The notes: a model not told the origin generated them from the sequence alone. DNA of 64,000 bases from an uncultured bacterium (GCA_963978095.1 CAXBQP010000004.1:20014-84013), one strand, 5' to 3'. Positions 37,156 to 47,201 are shown, counted from the stretch's first letter. Translations and numbers: made by a program.

Positions 37156-37817
37156 GCGGGGATGGTGCCGGCGGCCGGTGACACCGGGCGCAGGGCGTGG
37201 AGGACGAAATCCATGATGTCGTGCAGGATCTGCTCGCGCGGTTTGGCGCGCATGGCGGGACTGTGCGAGTGCGCGCCGCACCAGATGACGTGGGTGATGA
37301 GGATGCCTTTGATCATCATCACCGCGGCATCGGCGTCCGTGGGGCGGAACTCGCCCGCAGCGATTCCCCGCTCGATGATGCCGATCAGGGCCGCGTTGGA
37401 TTGATTGATGACTTCGTCGCGGTAGAACTGCGCGAGGTCCGGGAACTTGTGGAGCTCCAGGAGTGCGAGCCGGACCCATCCTTCGGCGTCATCGCGGTCC
37501 ATGTAGCGCCAGTAGTGCGCGAGGTACCCCTGGAGGGCGACCGTCGCCGACTCGGCGGTGACGCCTTCGTCGGCATGGGCGAGCAAGGGGACCACCTTTT
37601 GCCGGACGACTTCGCGGAAGAGTTCTTCCTTGCTCGGGAAATAGAGGTAGATGGTGCCTTTGCTGACGCCGGCGAGGGAGGCGATTTCCTCGAGCTTTGC
37701 GGCGGCGATACCGCGGTCGGTGAACACGGTGACGGCCGCGTCGAGGATTTGTCCGGGACGTTCCTCAGGAATTCGCCGGAACTTTGTGGGTTCGAGGGTA
37801 CCAGCGTCGTCGGTCAT
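37152..37817 (-). CDS. TetR/AcrR-family regulator
   Basis: ILDAA..VF...G.....LEEIASLAGVSKGTIYLYFPSKEELF. Confidence 0.95.
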   Translation of the reverse strand: MTDDAGTLEPTKFRRIPEERPGQILDAAVTVFTDRGIAAAKLEEIASLAGVSKGTIYLYFPSKEELFREVVRQKVVPLLAHADEGVTAESATVALQGYLAHYWRYMDRDDAEGWVRLALLELHKFPDLAQFYRDEVINQSNAALIGIIERGIAAGEFRPTDADAAVMMIKGILITHVIWCGAHSHSPAMRAKPREQILHDIMDFVLHALRPVSPAAGTIPA

Positions 37818-37820
37818 AGA

Positions 37821-37906
37821 TAACTGAACGGTCAGTCAGGTATTGGCGAAAGAAAGGGCGGCCGAGGCCGCCTTCTAATAACTAACCAGATAGTCAGTAA
37901 AGTCAA
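37821..37906. promoter_or_regulatory. Two related imperfect palindromes, probable TetR operators
   Basis: TAACTGAACGGTCAGTCA (37821-37838) and TAACTAACCAGATAGTCA (37879-37896); TTGACT on the minus strand at 37906-37901. Confidence 0.65.
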
Positions 37907-37923
37907 CCGGCTCGGGCGCTTCG

Positions 37924-38139
37924 TCAGCCGCCAGCGCCCGGCGTGCAGGAGCCGCCCCGGTCCGGCGCGTGGGATGCGGCGCCGACCACCGGTCGGATGG
38001 GCGCTTCATCCAGCATCGCGCGCAGGGCAGGGGTCGTGAGGTCGTCGAACTGGCCGTTCCGCGACGACCAGGTGTAGGCCCCAACCGCGCCCGCGGCAAG
38101 TGCGAGGGCGACGGGGACCAGTACGTAGAGGACGCTCAT
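37924..38139 (-). CDS. ccoS: cbb3 oxidase maturation protein CcoS
   Basis: MSVLYVLVP...WSSRNGQFDDLTTPALRAMLD. Confidence 0.9.
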   Translation of the reverse strand: MSVLYVLVPVALALAAGAVGAYTWSSRNGQFDDLTTPALRAMLDEAPIRPVVGAASHAPDRGGSCTPGAGG

Positions 38140-40565
38140 GCGAAGGACTCCGGAAAGGTGCGGCCGCGCCAGGCCGCGATCACAACACTGAGCGAGCTGG
38201 CCGGCATGACGATCGCCGCGATGAGCGGATCCATCGTCCCGGTGAAGGCGAGTGCCGCGCCCGCCACATTGTAGACCAATGAGAAGCCGATGGCGAGGCG
38301 AATCAGCGCGACCGTCCGGCGTGCTCCCGTCTCGAGCTCCACCAAGGTGCCAATCCCCCCGCGCGCGAGAAACACGTCCGAGGCGGCGAGGCAGGCCTCC
38401 GCGCCGCCGCGCACCCCGATGCCGACCGTCGCCGACGCGATCGCGGCCGCATCGTTGACGCCGTCACCGACCATCACCACCGGGCCTTCCAGCAGGGCGT
38501 GGACGACCGTCGCGCGTTTGGCCTCCGGGGAAGCGCCTCCGCGACAGTCGTGCGCGGCGATTCCCAGCGTGCGTCCCACGGCCGCCACGACGCGGGGGTC
38601 GTCGCCGGAGAGAATGCCAAGGCGCCAGCCGCGGGCACGGAGGGCCCGCACGGCCGCGCCAGCTTCGGGGCGGATGGGATCGCCGAAGCCCATGCGCGCG
38701 ACGACGATACCATCCACGGCCACGAGCACCGGCGTGAGCGCCTCGTCGAGCGGCGCGAAGGTCTCGCGCACGCCGGTCGTCTGATCGAGCACCCACGCCG
38801 GTTTCCCGACGTGGACGTCGTGTCCCCCTACGCGACCGCGGATTCCCCCCCCGATGTACTCGTGGACCTGTTCGGCGTCGGCACGCTCGCCCGGCATGGC
38901 GCGGAGCACGGCCGCGGCCACGGGATGTCGCGAATGTTGCTCGAGTGCGGCGACCAGCGGGCGCACCGACGCTTCGCCGTCCCACTGCTCGAGTTCGAGC
39001 CGGCCGGTGGTGAGGGTGCCGGTCTTGTCGAGCAGCAGCAGGCCGGGCGTGGCGAGGCGTTCCAGGGCATCGCCGCCCTTGATCAGGATGCCGCGCCGCG
39101 CGGCGCGCCCGATGGCGACGGTGATGGCCATCGGGGTCGCGAGCGCCAGCGCACAGGGGCAGGTGACGACGAGCATGGCGATCGCATTGTCGAGCGCGCG
39201 CGAGGGGTCGCGCCCCATCCACGTCCAGTACGTGGCGACCGCGGCCACGAGCACGGCGGCGATGAACCCGCCGGCCATCCGGTCCGCCATCCTCACAACA
39301 GGGGCGCGTCGGCGCGCGCTCTCCTCGACGTCCTTGAGCAACTGCCCGATCCGGCTCGATTCACCGGACCGCGTCACCGTGACACGCAGTGGAGCGCTGA
39401 CATTCACCGTGCCCCCGAACACCGGTGTCCCCTCGGCGACGCTCACGGGACGCGACTCGCCGGTGAGGAGCGACAGGTCGATCGCGGAACGGCCGCGGGT
39501 GATGATGCCGTCGGCGGCAAAGGTGTCGCCGGCGCGCACCTCGAGCAGCGCACCGGGGAGCACGGCTTCCGTCGGGACCTCGCGCACGGTGCCGTCGTCG
39601 TGCACCACCCGCGCGGTGTTCGGCGCGAGCGAGAACAGCAGTTCGGCCGAGTCGGCGGCGGCACGTTGCGCCCGCTGCTGGAGGAAGCGCCCGACGAGCA
39701 GCAGGAAGATCAGCGTCGCGACGCCGTCGAAATAGACCGGGCCGGTGTCCGTGAAGGTGTTGACGGCGCCGCGCAGATATCCGGCCGCGATCGCGACGGC
39801 GATCGGCACGTCCATGTGCAGCGCGCGATGCCGCAGCGCCCCCCACGCACTCTTGAAGAAGACGCGCCCGGGCCAGAGCATGGCGGGTGTGGTGAGCAGG
39901 AAGCTCCACCAGCGGAAATAGCGCTCAAACTCGGGGTCGATGCCGCCGAACCAGCCGGCATAGATCGCGAGCGCGATCATCATGACGTTGCCGGCGATGG
40001 CCCCGGCGATGCCGATGTTCACCAGCGATGCACGGTCCTCGCGCCGCCGCCGCTCATCGGCGCGTGCGCCTCGGAACGGATGCGCGACGTAGCCCAGCGT
40101 ATCGAGGAACCGTGCGATGGCCGACAACGGCGTGCGGCCGCGATCCCAGCGCACGCGGCATCGCGAGCGTCCGATGTCGAGTTCGGCCGACACGACGCCC
40201 GGGATGGCGAGCGGGACTTTCTCCACGAGCCAGACGCAGGAGGCGCAGTGGACGCCGTCCACATAGAGGTCGCACTCCGACAGACCGTCGTCTCCCTCCT
40301 GGACGTAGATCGCGCGGAACGCGTCGTGATCGAATTCCTCGTAGCCGCGTCCACTCGCGGTGACGGGGCGATCACGACGTTCCGCGAAGGCGTAGTAGTC
40401 GTCGAGTCCGTGTTCGTTGATGATCGCGTAGGCGGTGCGGCATGCGGAGCAGCAGAACTGCCGGTCGGCGCCCGCGGCGATCAGGCCGGCGGGAACCGGG
40501 AGCGTGCAGTGGGTGCAGCGCATCCCCTGCGCGGTGCCCACGACCTCGGGCTTAGTGGCCGTCAT
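38136..40565 (-). CDS. ccoI: P1B-type Cu ATPase CcoI/FixI
   Basis: CTHC...FCCSAC, HMA CASC, TGES, CPC, DKTGT, GDGVND. Confidence 0.93.
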   Translation of the reverse strand: MTATKPEVVGTAQGMRCTHCTLPVPAGLIAAGADRQFCCSACRTAYAIINEHGLDDYYAFAERRDRPVTASGRGYEEFDHDAFRAIYVQEGDDGLSECDLYVDGVHCASCVWLVEKVPLAIPGVVSAELDIGRSRCRVRWDRGRTPLSAIARFLDTLGYVAHPFRGARADERRRREDRASLVNIGIAGAIAGNVMMIALAIYAGWFGGIDPEFERYFRWWSFLLTTPAMLWPGRVFFKSAWGALRHRALHMDVPIAVAIAAGYLRGAVNTFTDTGPVYFDGVATLIFLLLVGRFLQQRAQRAAADSAELLFSLAPNTARVVHDDGTVREVPTEAVLPGALLEVRAGDTFAADGIITRGRSAIDLSLLTGESRPVSVAEGTPVFGGTVNVSAPLRVTVTRSGESSRIGQLLKDVEESARRRAPVVRMADRMAGGFIAAVLVAAVATYWTWMGRDPSRALDNAIAMLVVTCPCALALATPMAITVAIGRAARRGILIKGGDALERLATPGLLLLDKTGTLTTGRLELEQWDGEASVRPLVAALEQHSRHPVAAAVLRAMPGERADAEQVHEYIGGGIRGRVGGHDVHVGKPAWVLDQTTGVRETFAPLDEALTPVLVAVDGIVVARMGFGDPIRPEAGAAVRALRARGWRLGILSGDDPRVVAAVGRTLGIAAHDCRGGASPEAKRATVVHALLEGPVVMVGDGVNDAAAIASATVGIGVRGGAEACLAASDVFLARGGIGTLVELETGARRTVALIRLAIGFSLVYNVAGAALAFTGTMDPLIAAIVMPASSLSVVIAAWRGRTFPESFA

Positions 40566-41244
40566 GGTGCATCGCGGCGATGGGATGTGCGGTGCTCTGG
40601 AATTTTCCGGAGATCGTCAGCACGCCGATGAGGACCAGTGCGGTCGCCGTGATCGCCGGGAGGCGCCGTGCCACGGGGCCGAGTGCGCGTTGTACACCGG
40701 CACCCAAGGCGGCCATGGCGGGAAGGGTGCCGGTCCAGAACGCGGCCATCACGAGCATCCCGGCAGTCGGGGCACCCGTGGCAGCGGCGGTGGCGACGAA
40801 GGCATACAGCCAGCCGCACGGCAGCAGTGGCGTGAGCGCGCCGAGTGTGGCGGCACGGACGACGGGTGGGCGCTCGCGGAGCGCGCGGGTCACGCGCGTG
40901 AGCAGCCGCGTCGCAGCGGAAGGCATCGTGAGCGCCGGGACGCGGATGCCCATGGCCGCGCCCGCGGTCGCCGAGCCCCAGAGGACCATGAGCGAGCCCG
41001 CGACGATCGCCGCGGGCCGTTGGAGTCCGACGAGCGTTCCCGCGGCATCGAACCCCGCACCGGCTGCCCCGGCGAGCGCGCCGAGCAGGAGGTACACGAG
41101 TCCGCGCGCGCCGTTGTAGGTGAGCAGGGGGCGTACGCCGCCACGGCTGCCCGCCGCGAACCCCGCGATGCCGCCGCACATGGCGGCACAGTGCGCACTC
41201 CCGAGGAACGCCGCGGCGAAGACCGAACCAACGAGTCCGATCAC
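40552..41244 (-). CDS. DsbD_2/TauE-like membrane protein of cbb3 clusters
   Basis: GSAHCAAMCGG, YNGAR, LLPCGWLY, FWTGTLP. Confidence 0.88.
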   Translation of the reverse strand: MIGLVGSVFAAAFLGSAHCAAMCGGIAGFAAGSRGGVRPLLTYNGARGLVYLLLGALAGAAGAGFDAAGTLVGLQRPAAIVAGSLMVLWGSATAGAAMGIRVPALTMPSAATRLLTRVTRALRERPPVVRAATLGALTPLLPCGWLYAFVATAAATGAPTAGMLVMAAFWTGTLPAMAALGAGVQRALGPVARRLPAITATALVLIGVLTISGKFQSTAHPIAAMHHDGH

Positions 41245-41738
41245 TTCGTGCTGATGCCGGTTGCCGTGGCGGCCGCGTCGACGCGCAGCGACGGCGTGAA
41301 CCGCTCACGGCCTCGCAGGGCCTCGACCCGGAGTTCCCACAGCCCGGCGCGCATCAGGGGCATCGACGCCACGAAACGGCCATCCGTGCCTGCGCGAAGC
41401 GACTGCGAGACCTGATGGTCGCCCTCGAGATTATGAATCGCGGTCACGCGCACGCGGGCATCGGTGATGGGGTGCGCGTTGCCGTCCGTCAGCGTGAGGG
41501 CGACTTCACGCGTGCCATCCACGAGTGGGCCCACGGAGGCGTGCGCGGTCCACCCCAGCGCGAGGTTCGCGCGTTGCTGCTGGATCACCGTATCGAACGC
41601 GACGGCTCGTTTGTAGTAATCCGGTTCGAGCGCGAAGGTGCTGTCGTGCGTCGCGGCGTACAGCATGACGCCCTGTCCGCCGGCTGTGGCGACCAGGAGG
41701 ACGCCGATGAACCACGGCCAATACCATCCTTTCTTCAT
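41241..41738 (-). CDS. ccoH: FixH/CcoH-family protein
   Basis: N-terminal TM, EPDYYKRAVAFD, GLWELRV; position in the cluster. Confidence 0.85.
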   Translation of the reverse strand: MKKGWYWPWFIGVLLVATAGGQGVMLYAATHDSTFALEPDYYKRAVAFDTVIQQQRANLALGWTAHASVGPLVDGTREVALTLTDGNAHPITDARVRVTAIHNLEGDHQVSQSLRAGTDGRFVASMPLMRAGLWELRVEALRGRERFTPSLRVDAAATATGISTK

Positions 41739-43156
41739 GGCTTTTCCTCCTCGTGTTTCGGGGCGCCGCGCTCGGACGGGCCGAGCAAGCGCCACGGGCG
41801 CTCGAAGGCGAGTCGCCGGCCGTCGGTGACGCTGACGGTGATGCGCCGTTCCCCACGCGTGAAGACGGAAGCCGGCGAGATGATGAAGAGACTCGTGGTG
41901 GCGTTCTGACCCTCGGCGACCGTGAGCGGAAGCTCCGGCGCGATGATTGTCGCGCCCGGATCATCGGCGATCGAGACCCGGTAGGTCTGGGGCGCGCTCG
42001 TCCGGTTCGCGATCTTCACCCGGAGCTGGTTCGTGACGGTGCCGTCCGCGTTCGCCGTGAAGGGAGTGCCTCCCACTTCACCCAGCAGCGTGACGTCGGC
42101 CGTCGGTCGGTGCGTGAGCGTGTACAGGAAGCCGCCGAAGAAGAGCAGGAAGGCGGCCGGATAGATGATGGTGCGAGGCCGCACGATGTGTCGTGCCCGG
42201 CCGGACAGGATCTCGCGCGAGGTGTAGCGGATCAGCCCCGTCGGTCGCTCGAGCCGCGTCATCACCGTGTCGCAGGCGTCGGCGCATTGGGTGCAGTGGA
42301 TGCACTCCATCTGCAGGCCATCCCGGATGTCGATCCCGGTGGGGCAGGTGAGCACGCAGGCGTTGCAGTCGACGCAGTCGCCACCACGCGCTACGGCGGC
42401 ATTGTCCTTCGGTTTTCCCCGCGGCTCGCCGCGGTTCACATCGTAGGCGACGATGAGCGACGATTGGTCGAGCAGCACCGACTGCCAGCGTCCATAGGGG
42501 CAGGCGACCAGGCAGGTCTGTTCGCGGAACCAGGTGAAGTCGAGGAAGACGAGCAAGGTCGTCACCGCCATCACCACGAACGGCGTCGGGTGATCGTACG
42601 GCGACTGTCGCATCCACCCGGCGAGCGTGGCGGTGCCGACGAAGTAGGCGAGGAACGTGTTGGCCAGCAGCGCGGCGAGGACGGCGTAGAGCGCGTACTT
42701 GACGATGCGCCCGGTGTGGAAATGCCGGTGGTGCGTGTCGAGCTGCCGGGATCCGGCCCATCCACCTTCGAGCACGCGCTCGAGCGGTCGGAAGACGAAC
42801 TCCATCCAGATGGTCTGCGGGCATCCCCAGCCGCACCAGACGCGGCCGAAGAGCGCGGTGAGCAGGAAGATGAAGAGCAGGATGCTGACGCCCAGGAGCA
42901 TCAGCAACAGCGTGTCGGTGGGGAGGAACGTCGTGCCGAAGAGGGTGAACTCGCGCCGTGGCAGGTCAAGCAACATCAGCGGCTTCCCGTGGAACCGGAG
43001 ATGCGGGATGCCGAGATACAGCGCGATCAGGGCATAGGCGACCGCCCGGCGCTGCCTCCAATGCGCACCGTGCGACGGCTTCGGACGGATCCACCGGCGG
43101 GATCCGTCCGCGTTCAGCGTCGCAAGGACGCGCCCCGAGGCAACAGGCGCGGTCAC
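41735..43156 (-). CDS. ccoG: Cytochrome c oxidase accessory ferredoxin CcoG/FixG
   Basis: GRVWCGWGCPQT, REQTCLVACPYG, CVDCNACVLTCPTG, CIHCTQCADAC. Confidence 0.95.
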   Translation of the reverse strand: MTAPVASGRVLATLNADGSRRWIRPKPSHGAHWRQRRAVAYALIALYLGIPHLRFHGKPLMLLDLPRREFTLFGTTFLPTDTLLLMLLGVSILLFIFLLTALFGRVWCGWGCPQTIWMEFVFRPLERVLEGGWAGSRQLDTHHRHFHTGRIVKYALYAVLAALLANTFLAYFVGTATLAGWMRQSPYDHPTPFVVMAVTTLLVFLDFTWFREQTCLVACPYGRWQSVLLDQSSLIVAYDVNRGEPRGKPKDNAAVARGGDCVDCNACVLTCPTGIDIRDGLQMECIHCTQCADACDTVMTRLERPTGLIRYTSREILSGRARHIVRPRTIIYPAAFLLFFGGFLYTLTHRPTADVTLLGEVGGTPFTANADGTVTNQLRVKIANRTSAPQTYRVSIADDPGATIIAPELPLTVAEGQNATTSLFIISPASVFTRGERRITVSVTDGRRLAFERPWRLLGPSERGAPKHEEEKP

Positions 43157-43725
43157 TTCTTGGCGACGTCCACTGTCACGAGGACACCGTCGGGTGCCTT
43201 CGGGTTGGCGGGGTTGGAGCCGCGCAGCGAGATCACGTACGCCATGACGTCATTGATCTGCTCGGGCTTGAGCATCTTGCCCCAGGGGGGCATCCCCTTG
43301 GCGAGGACGCCTTCCGTGATGGTGGTATGGATCTCGAGCGGTGTGCCGCCGTGGATCCAATAGTCGTCGGTGAGGTTCGGGCCGATCTGTCCGCCGCCAT
43401 CGGCGCGATGGCAGGCGACGCAGTTGGCCATGAACACCACTTTCCCCGCCGCGACAGCGTCCGGCTTGCCGACGAACACGGCCAGCTGCTCGGTGGTCAT
43501 CTTCGGCGCGTCCGGGTGTGCCGCCTTGTAGGCGGCGATCTCCGAGTCGTACATCTCGGCCTTCGTGACGTTGCCCATGTCGTTCGGCAACAGGTAGTAC
43601 ACCGGCACGAAGATGATCGTGAGCGCGAAGAGCAGGAGCCACCAGCGCGGCATCGGATTGTCGAACTCCTGGATGCCGTCATACTCGTGGTCCATCAGTG
43701 GGCGATCGTCGCCAGCTCTGGTCAT
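43153..43725 (-). CDS. ccoP: cbb3 subunit III, monoheme CcoP
   Basis: HEYDGIQEFDNPMPRWW, single CVACH, GPNLTDDYWIHG, GMPPW. Confidence 0.92.
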   Translation of the reverse strand: MTRAGDDRPLMDHEYDGIQEFDNPMPRWWLLLFALTIIFVPVYYLLPNDMGNVTKAEMYDSEIAAYKAAHPDAPKMTTEQLAVFVGKPDAVAAGKVVFMANCVACHRADGGGQIGPNLTDDYWIHGGTPLEIHTTITEGVLAKGMPPWGKMLKPEQINDVMAYVISLRGSNPANPKAPDGVLVTVDVAKK

Positions 43726-43735
43726 GTGACGGGCC

Positions 43736-43960
43736 TCAGGCGTGCTGTGGCGGGCGCGCCGCCGGCGAGGCGGGCGAGCGTCCGGCAATGGGCGTGAGAT
43801 CGTCGAGTGGCATCCGTCCGTCCGCTTCGTACTCGGCGTCTCGTGACGGAGCCATCAACGGGATGAGGATCAGCAGGAAGGCGAAGACGAAGAGCACGAG
43901 GGCAACGATCGCGTAACCGGAGAGCCCCGAGGCGCCCACGACATCGGCGAGGGATTTCAT
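43736..43960 (-). CDS. ccoQ: cbb3 subunit CcoQ-like small membrane protein
   Basis: MKSLADVV...single TM...RMPLDD; lies between ccoNO and ccoP. Confidence 0.8.
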   Translation of the reverse strand: MKSLADVVGASGLSGYAIVALVLFVFAFLLILIPLMAPSRDAEYEADGRMPLDDLTPIAGRSPASPAARPPQHA

Positions 43961-43961
43961 G

Positions 43962-46178
43962 CTAGTTCCCCCCGCGCGGCGCGCCGACTGGCGTGGCCGG
44001 CACCTGCGCGACCGGGGTGCCCGCGGCACCAGCCCGGATGTCCGTGCCGAGCCGTTCGAGGTAGGCGACCAACGCGGTGATCTCCTTGTGCTTGAGCCCC
44101 GCCGGGCCACCGGCTTTCTCGATCTCCGCCGCCAGCGCATCGGCCTGTGCATGCGCCATCGATTCCGCCGAATGGATCGCGTCGCCGTAGGGGACGCCGA
44201 GCATGGCCATCACGTCCACCCGCTTCTGGATCGTGCCGAAGTCCAGGTCCTGCGTCAGCAGGTGGGCATACGGCGGCATGATCGACTTGGCCGTGATCGA
44301 CCGCGGGTCCTGCATGTGGCGCACGTGCCAGAGCGCGGGATACTTGCCCCCTTCGCGCGCGAGATCCGGGCCGATGCGGCGCGAGCCCCAGAGGAACGGA
44401 TGGTCGTACACCGACTCCCCCGGCTTCGAGTACTCGCCGTAGCGTTCCGTTTCGTGACGGAACGGACGGATCATCTGCGAGTGGCAGTTGAAGCAGCCTT
44501 CGCGAATGTAGAGGTCGCGGCCGGCGAGTTCGAGCGGCGTGTACGGCTTGACGCTCGCGATCGTCGGGACGTTGCTCTTGATGAGGAAGGTCGGCAGGAT
44601 CTCGAACAGCGAGGCGACGATCACGGCGACGGCAACCAGCACGCTGAAGGTCAGCGGGAGTCGCTCCCACGTTCGATGCCAGAGCAGCCCCGTGAAGCGG
44701 GCCCACGCGCCGCCGACGACCGGTGCCGGCGCCTTCGGCACGTACGCGCCGAGTGGTGCGGCCCGGACGACCGGCACGTCGTACGTCTTCGGGCGGCGCG
44801 TCCACGTCATCAGGATGTTGTACACGAACACGAGCATGCCGGCGAGATACAGCGTCCCGCCCGCGACGCGCACCCAGTACATGGGCATCAGGCGCATCGT
44901 GGTTTCGATGAAGTCGGGAAACTGCAGGCGCCCGGTTTCGTCGAACGCGCGCCACATGAGCCCCTGTGTGATGCCGGCGCTGTAGATCGAGGTCACGTAG
45001 AGCAGGATGCCGAGCGTGGCCACCCAGAAATGCCATTCCGCGAGCTTCTTGCTGTACAGCTGGGTCTGGAAGAGGCGCGGTGCCAACCAGTAGATCATGC
45101 CGGCGGTCATGAAGCCGTTCCACCCGAGCGCGCCCGTGTGCACGTGGGCGATGATCCAGTCCGTATAGTGTGCCAGCGAGTTCACCGACTTGATCGACAG
45201 CATGGGGCCTTCGAAGGTGCTCATCCCGTAGGCGGTCACCGCCAGAACGAAGAACTTGAGCACCGGTTCTTCCACCACCTTGTTCCAGGCACCGCGCAGC
45301 GTCAGCAGGCCGTTGATCATGCCGCCCCAGCTCGGCGCGACGAGCATCACCGAGAAGAGCATGCCGAGGGTGCTCGCCCAATCGGGAAGCGCGGTGTAGT
45401 GCAGGTGGTGCGGGCCCGCCCAGATGTACAGGAAGACCAGCGTCCAGAAGTGCAGAATGGAGAGCTTGTACGAGAACACCGGCCGCTCGGCCGCCTTCGG
45501 CATGAAGTAGTACATCAGGCCGAGGAAGGGCGTCGTGAGGAAGAACGCGACCGCGTTGTGTCCGTACCACCACTGCATGAAGGCGTCCTGCACGCCCGCG
45601 TAGATCGAGTAGCTCTTGAGCGGGCCGGCCGGGATGCTGAGGTTGTTGAAGATGTGGAGCACCGCCACCGTGATGATGCTCGCGATGTAGAACCAGATCG
45701 CGACATAGAGATGGCGTTCGCGCCGCTTGGCGAGTGTGCCGAAGAAGTTGATCGCGAACACGACCCAGACCACCGCGATGGCGATGTCGATCGGCCATTC
45801 GAGTTCCGCGTACTCCTTGGCTTGTGTGTAGCCGAGGGGCAACGTCAGTGCCGCCGCCACGATGATCGCCTGCCACCCCCAGAAGTGGAAACGGCTCAGG
45901 GCATCCGAGAACATCCGTGCTTTGAGCAGGCGTTGGCTCGAGTAGTAGACGCCGGTGAAGACCGCGTTGCCGGCGAAGGCGAAGATCACCGCGTTGGTGT
46001 GGAGCGGCCGGAGACGTCCGAAGGACAGATACTGTCCCAGGTTGAACGCGGGATTGGCGAGCTGCAGGGCGATGATCAACCCCACGAGCATGCCGACCAC
46101 GCCCCATAACAACGTCGCAAAGAGGAATTTTCGTACGATGTCGTCGTCGTACGAAAAGGAGTCGAGGCGCGCTTCCAT
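43962..46178 (-). CDS. ccoN: Fused cbb3 oxidase subunits I and II (CcoNO)
   Basis: FGRLRPLHTNAVIF, QWWYGHNAV, WAGPHHLHY, AHVHTGALGW; then EGCFNCHSQMIRP, WGSRRIGPDL. Confidence 0.97.
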   Translation of the reverse strand: MEARLDSFSYDDDIVRKFLFATLLWGVVGMLVGLIIALQLANPAFNLGQYLSFGRLRPLHTNAVIFAFAGNAVFTGVYYSSQRLLKARMFSDALSRFHFWGWQAIIVAAALTLPLGYTQAKEYAELEWPIDIAIAVVWVVFAINFFGTLAKRRERHLYVAIWFYIASIITVAVLHIFNNLSIPAGPLKSYSIYAGVQDAFMQWWYGHNAVAFFLTTPFLGLMYYFMPKAAERPVFSYKLSILHFWTLVFLYIWAGPHHLHYTALPDWASTLGMLFSVMLVAPSWGGMINGLLTLRGAWNKVVEEPVLKFFVLAVTAYGMSTFEGPMLSIKSVNSLAHYTDWIIAHVHTGALGWNGFMTAGMIYWLAPRLFQTQLYSKKLAEWHFWVATLGILLYVTSIYSAGITQGLMWRAFDETGRLQFPDFIETTMRLMPMYWVRVAGGTLYLAGMLVFVYNILMTWTRRPKTYDVPVVRAAPLGAYVPKAPAPVVGGAWARFTGLLWHRTWERLPLTFSVLVAVAVIVASLFEILPTFLIKSNVPTIASVKPYTPLELAGRDLYIREGCFNCHSQMIRPFRHETERYGEYSKPGESVYDHPFLWGSRRIGPDLAREGGKYPALWHVRHMQDPRSITAKSIMPPYAHLLTQDLDFGTIQKRVDVMAMLGVPYGDAIHSAESMAHAQADALAAEIEKAGGPAGLKHKEITALVAYLERLGTDIRAGAAGTPVAQVPATPVGAPRGGN

Positions 46179-46426
46179 TGTGATGCGGCTCCACGCAGAG
46201 GCCCACTGTGTCCTGCCAGGGGGGTCCGGGCAGGCAACCGCCACCGGGGTCGCGACGCGCCCGATGGTGTGCCTTCCCAAGGAACCGTTGTGCGGGATAC
46301 GCGACAATCAGCAACCGCCCCGCTACGCGGTAGGGGTTTCGCTGACGAGACGATTCGGGGTCCCCCCCCTACGGCCGTGTGGCCAGCGGCAATCGGGCCG
46401 CCGGTTCCGACAGGAACGCAAACACG

Positions 46427-46457
46427 CGCGCCCTCCAGCCGGAGACTGGAGGGCGCG
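46427..46457 (-). terminator. GC-rich hairpin, probable terminator of the upstream minus-strand unit
   Basis: CGCGCCCTCCAG-7 nt-CTGGAGGGCGCG followed by CGTGTTT on the minus strand. Confidence 0.55.
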
Positions 46458-46512
46458 TCACGTGTGACGCCGCGGAGGTCATGTCACCCCGCCGGCGCGT
46501 GGGCGGTGCTGA

Positions 46513-46671
46513 TTACTTGGCCGCGCCGGCCGTCGCGGGCGCTTTCTCGCTGGCGTAGTGGTTGTTGGTCAGCGTGACCGTCGTGTACAGGATGATCAGC
46601 AGCGCGACCACACCGATGATCAGACCGGTGAATGCCGAGCTCTTGTCAGACGTGTGGTGGTGTCCGGACAT
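46513..46671 (-). CDS. 52-aa single-TM small protein (not in ORF track)
   Basis: MSGHHHTSDKSSAFTGLIIGVVALLIILYTTVTLTNNHYASEKAPATAGAAK*; GAGGT 5 nt before the ATG; strongly GC3-biased codons. Confidence 0.75.
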   Translation of the reverse strand: MSGHHHTSDKSSAFTGLIIGVVALLIILYTTVTLTNNHYASEKAPATAGAAK

Positions 46672-46710
46672 CGTGAGACCTCGAAGTCGATGGCGAAGGG
46701 ACGGGTCGGT

Positions 46711-47166
46711 TTACGCGACCCGAACGGTGGTCATGGAATCATTCTGCTTGATCTTCTTCATGACGTCGAGCCCCGTGGTGATCTTCCCGAAGACGGTGTG
46801 CACGCCGTTGAGATGGCGCGTGTTGTCCTCGCTGAGCACCATGAAGAACTGGCTTCCCCCGGTGTCCTTTCCGGCATGCGCCATGGAGAGGGCTCCGACT
46901 TCATGCGTGCGCGGATTACCCTTGGTCTCGCACTTGATCGTCCAGCCCGGACCGCCGGTCCCCGGCGGGCCCTTGGGCGAGGCGCCGGTGTTCGGGCAGC
47001 CACCCTGCACGACGAAATCGGGGATCACGCGGTGGAACTTCAGACCATCGTAGAAGCCGCTGTTGGCGAGCTTCTCGAAGTTGGCGACGGTGCCCGGGGC
47101 GTCCGTCTCGTACAACTCGGCGACGATGGTGCCCTGATTGGTTTCGAACGTAGCGGTCTTTGACAT
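46711..47166 (-). CDS. Cyclophilin-type peptidyl-prolyl isomerase
   Basis: [39 protein letters not shown]. Confidence 0.96.
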   Translation of the reverse strand: MSKTATFETNQGTIVAELYETDAPGTVANFEKLANSGFYDGLKFHRVIPDFVVQGGCPNTGASPKGPPGTGGPGWTIKCETKGNPRTHEVGALSMAHAGKDTGGSQFFMVLSEDNTRHLNGVHTVFGKITTGLDVMKKIKQNDSMTTVRVA

Positions 47167-47201
47167 AAGTGAATTCTAACGTGAAGGTGTCGCGGTTGGC
47201 A

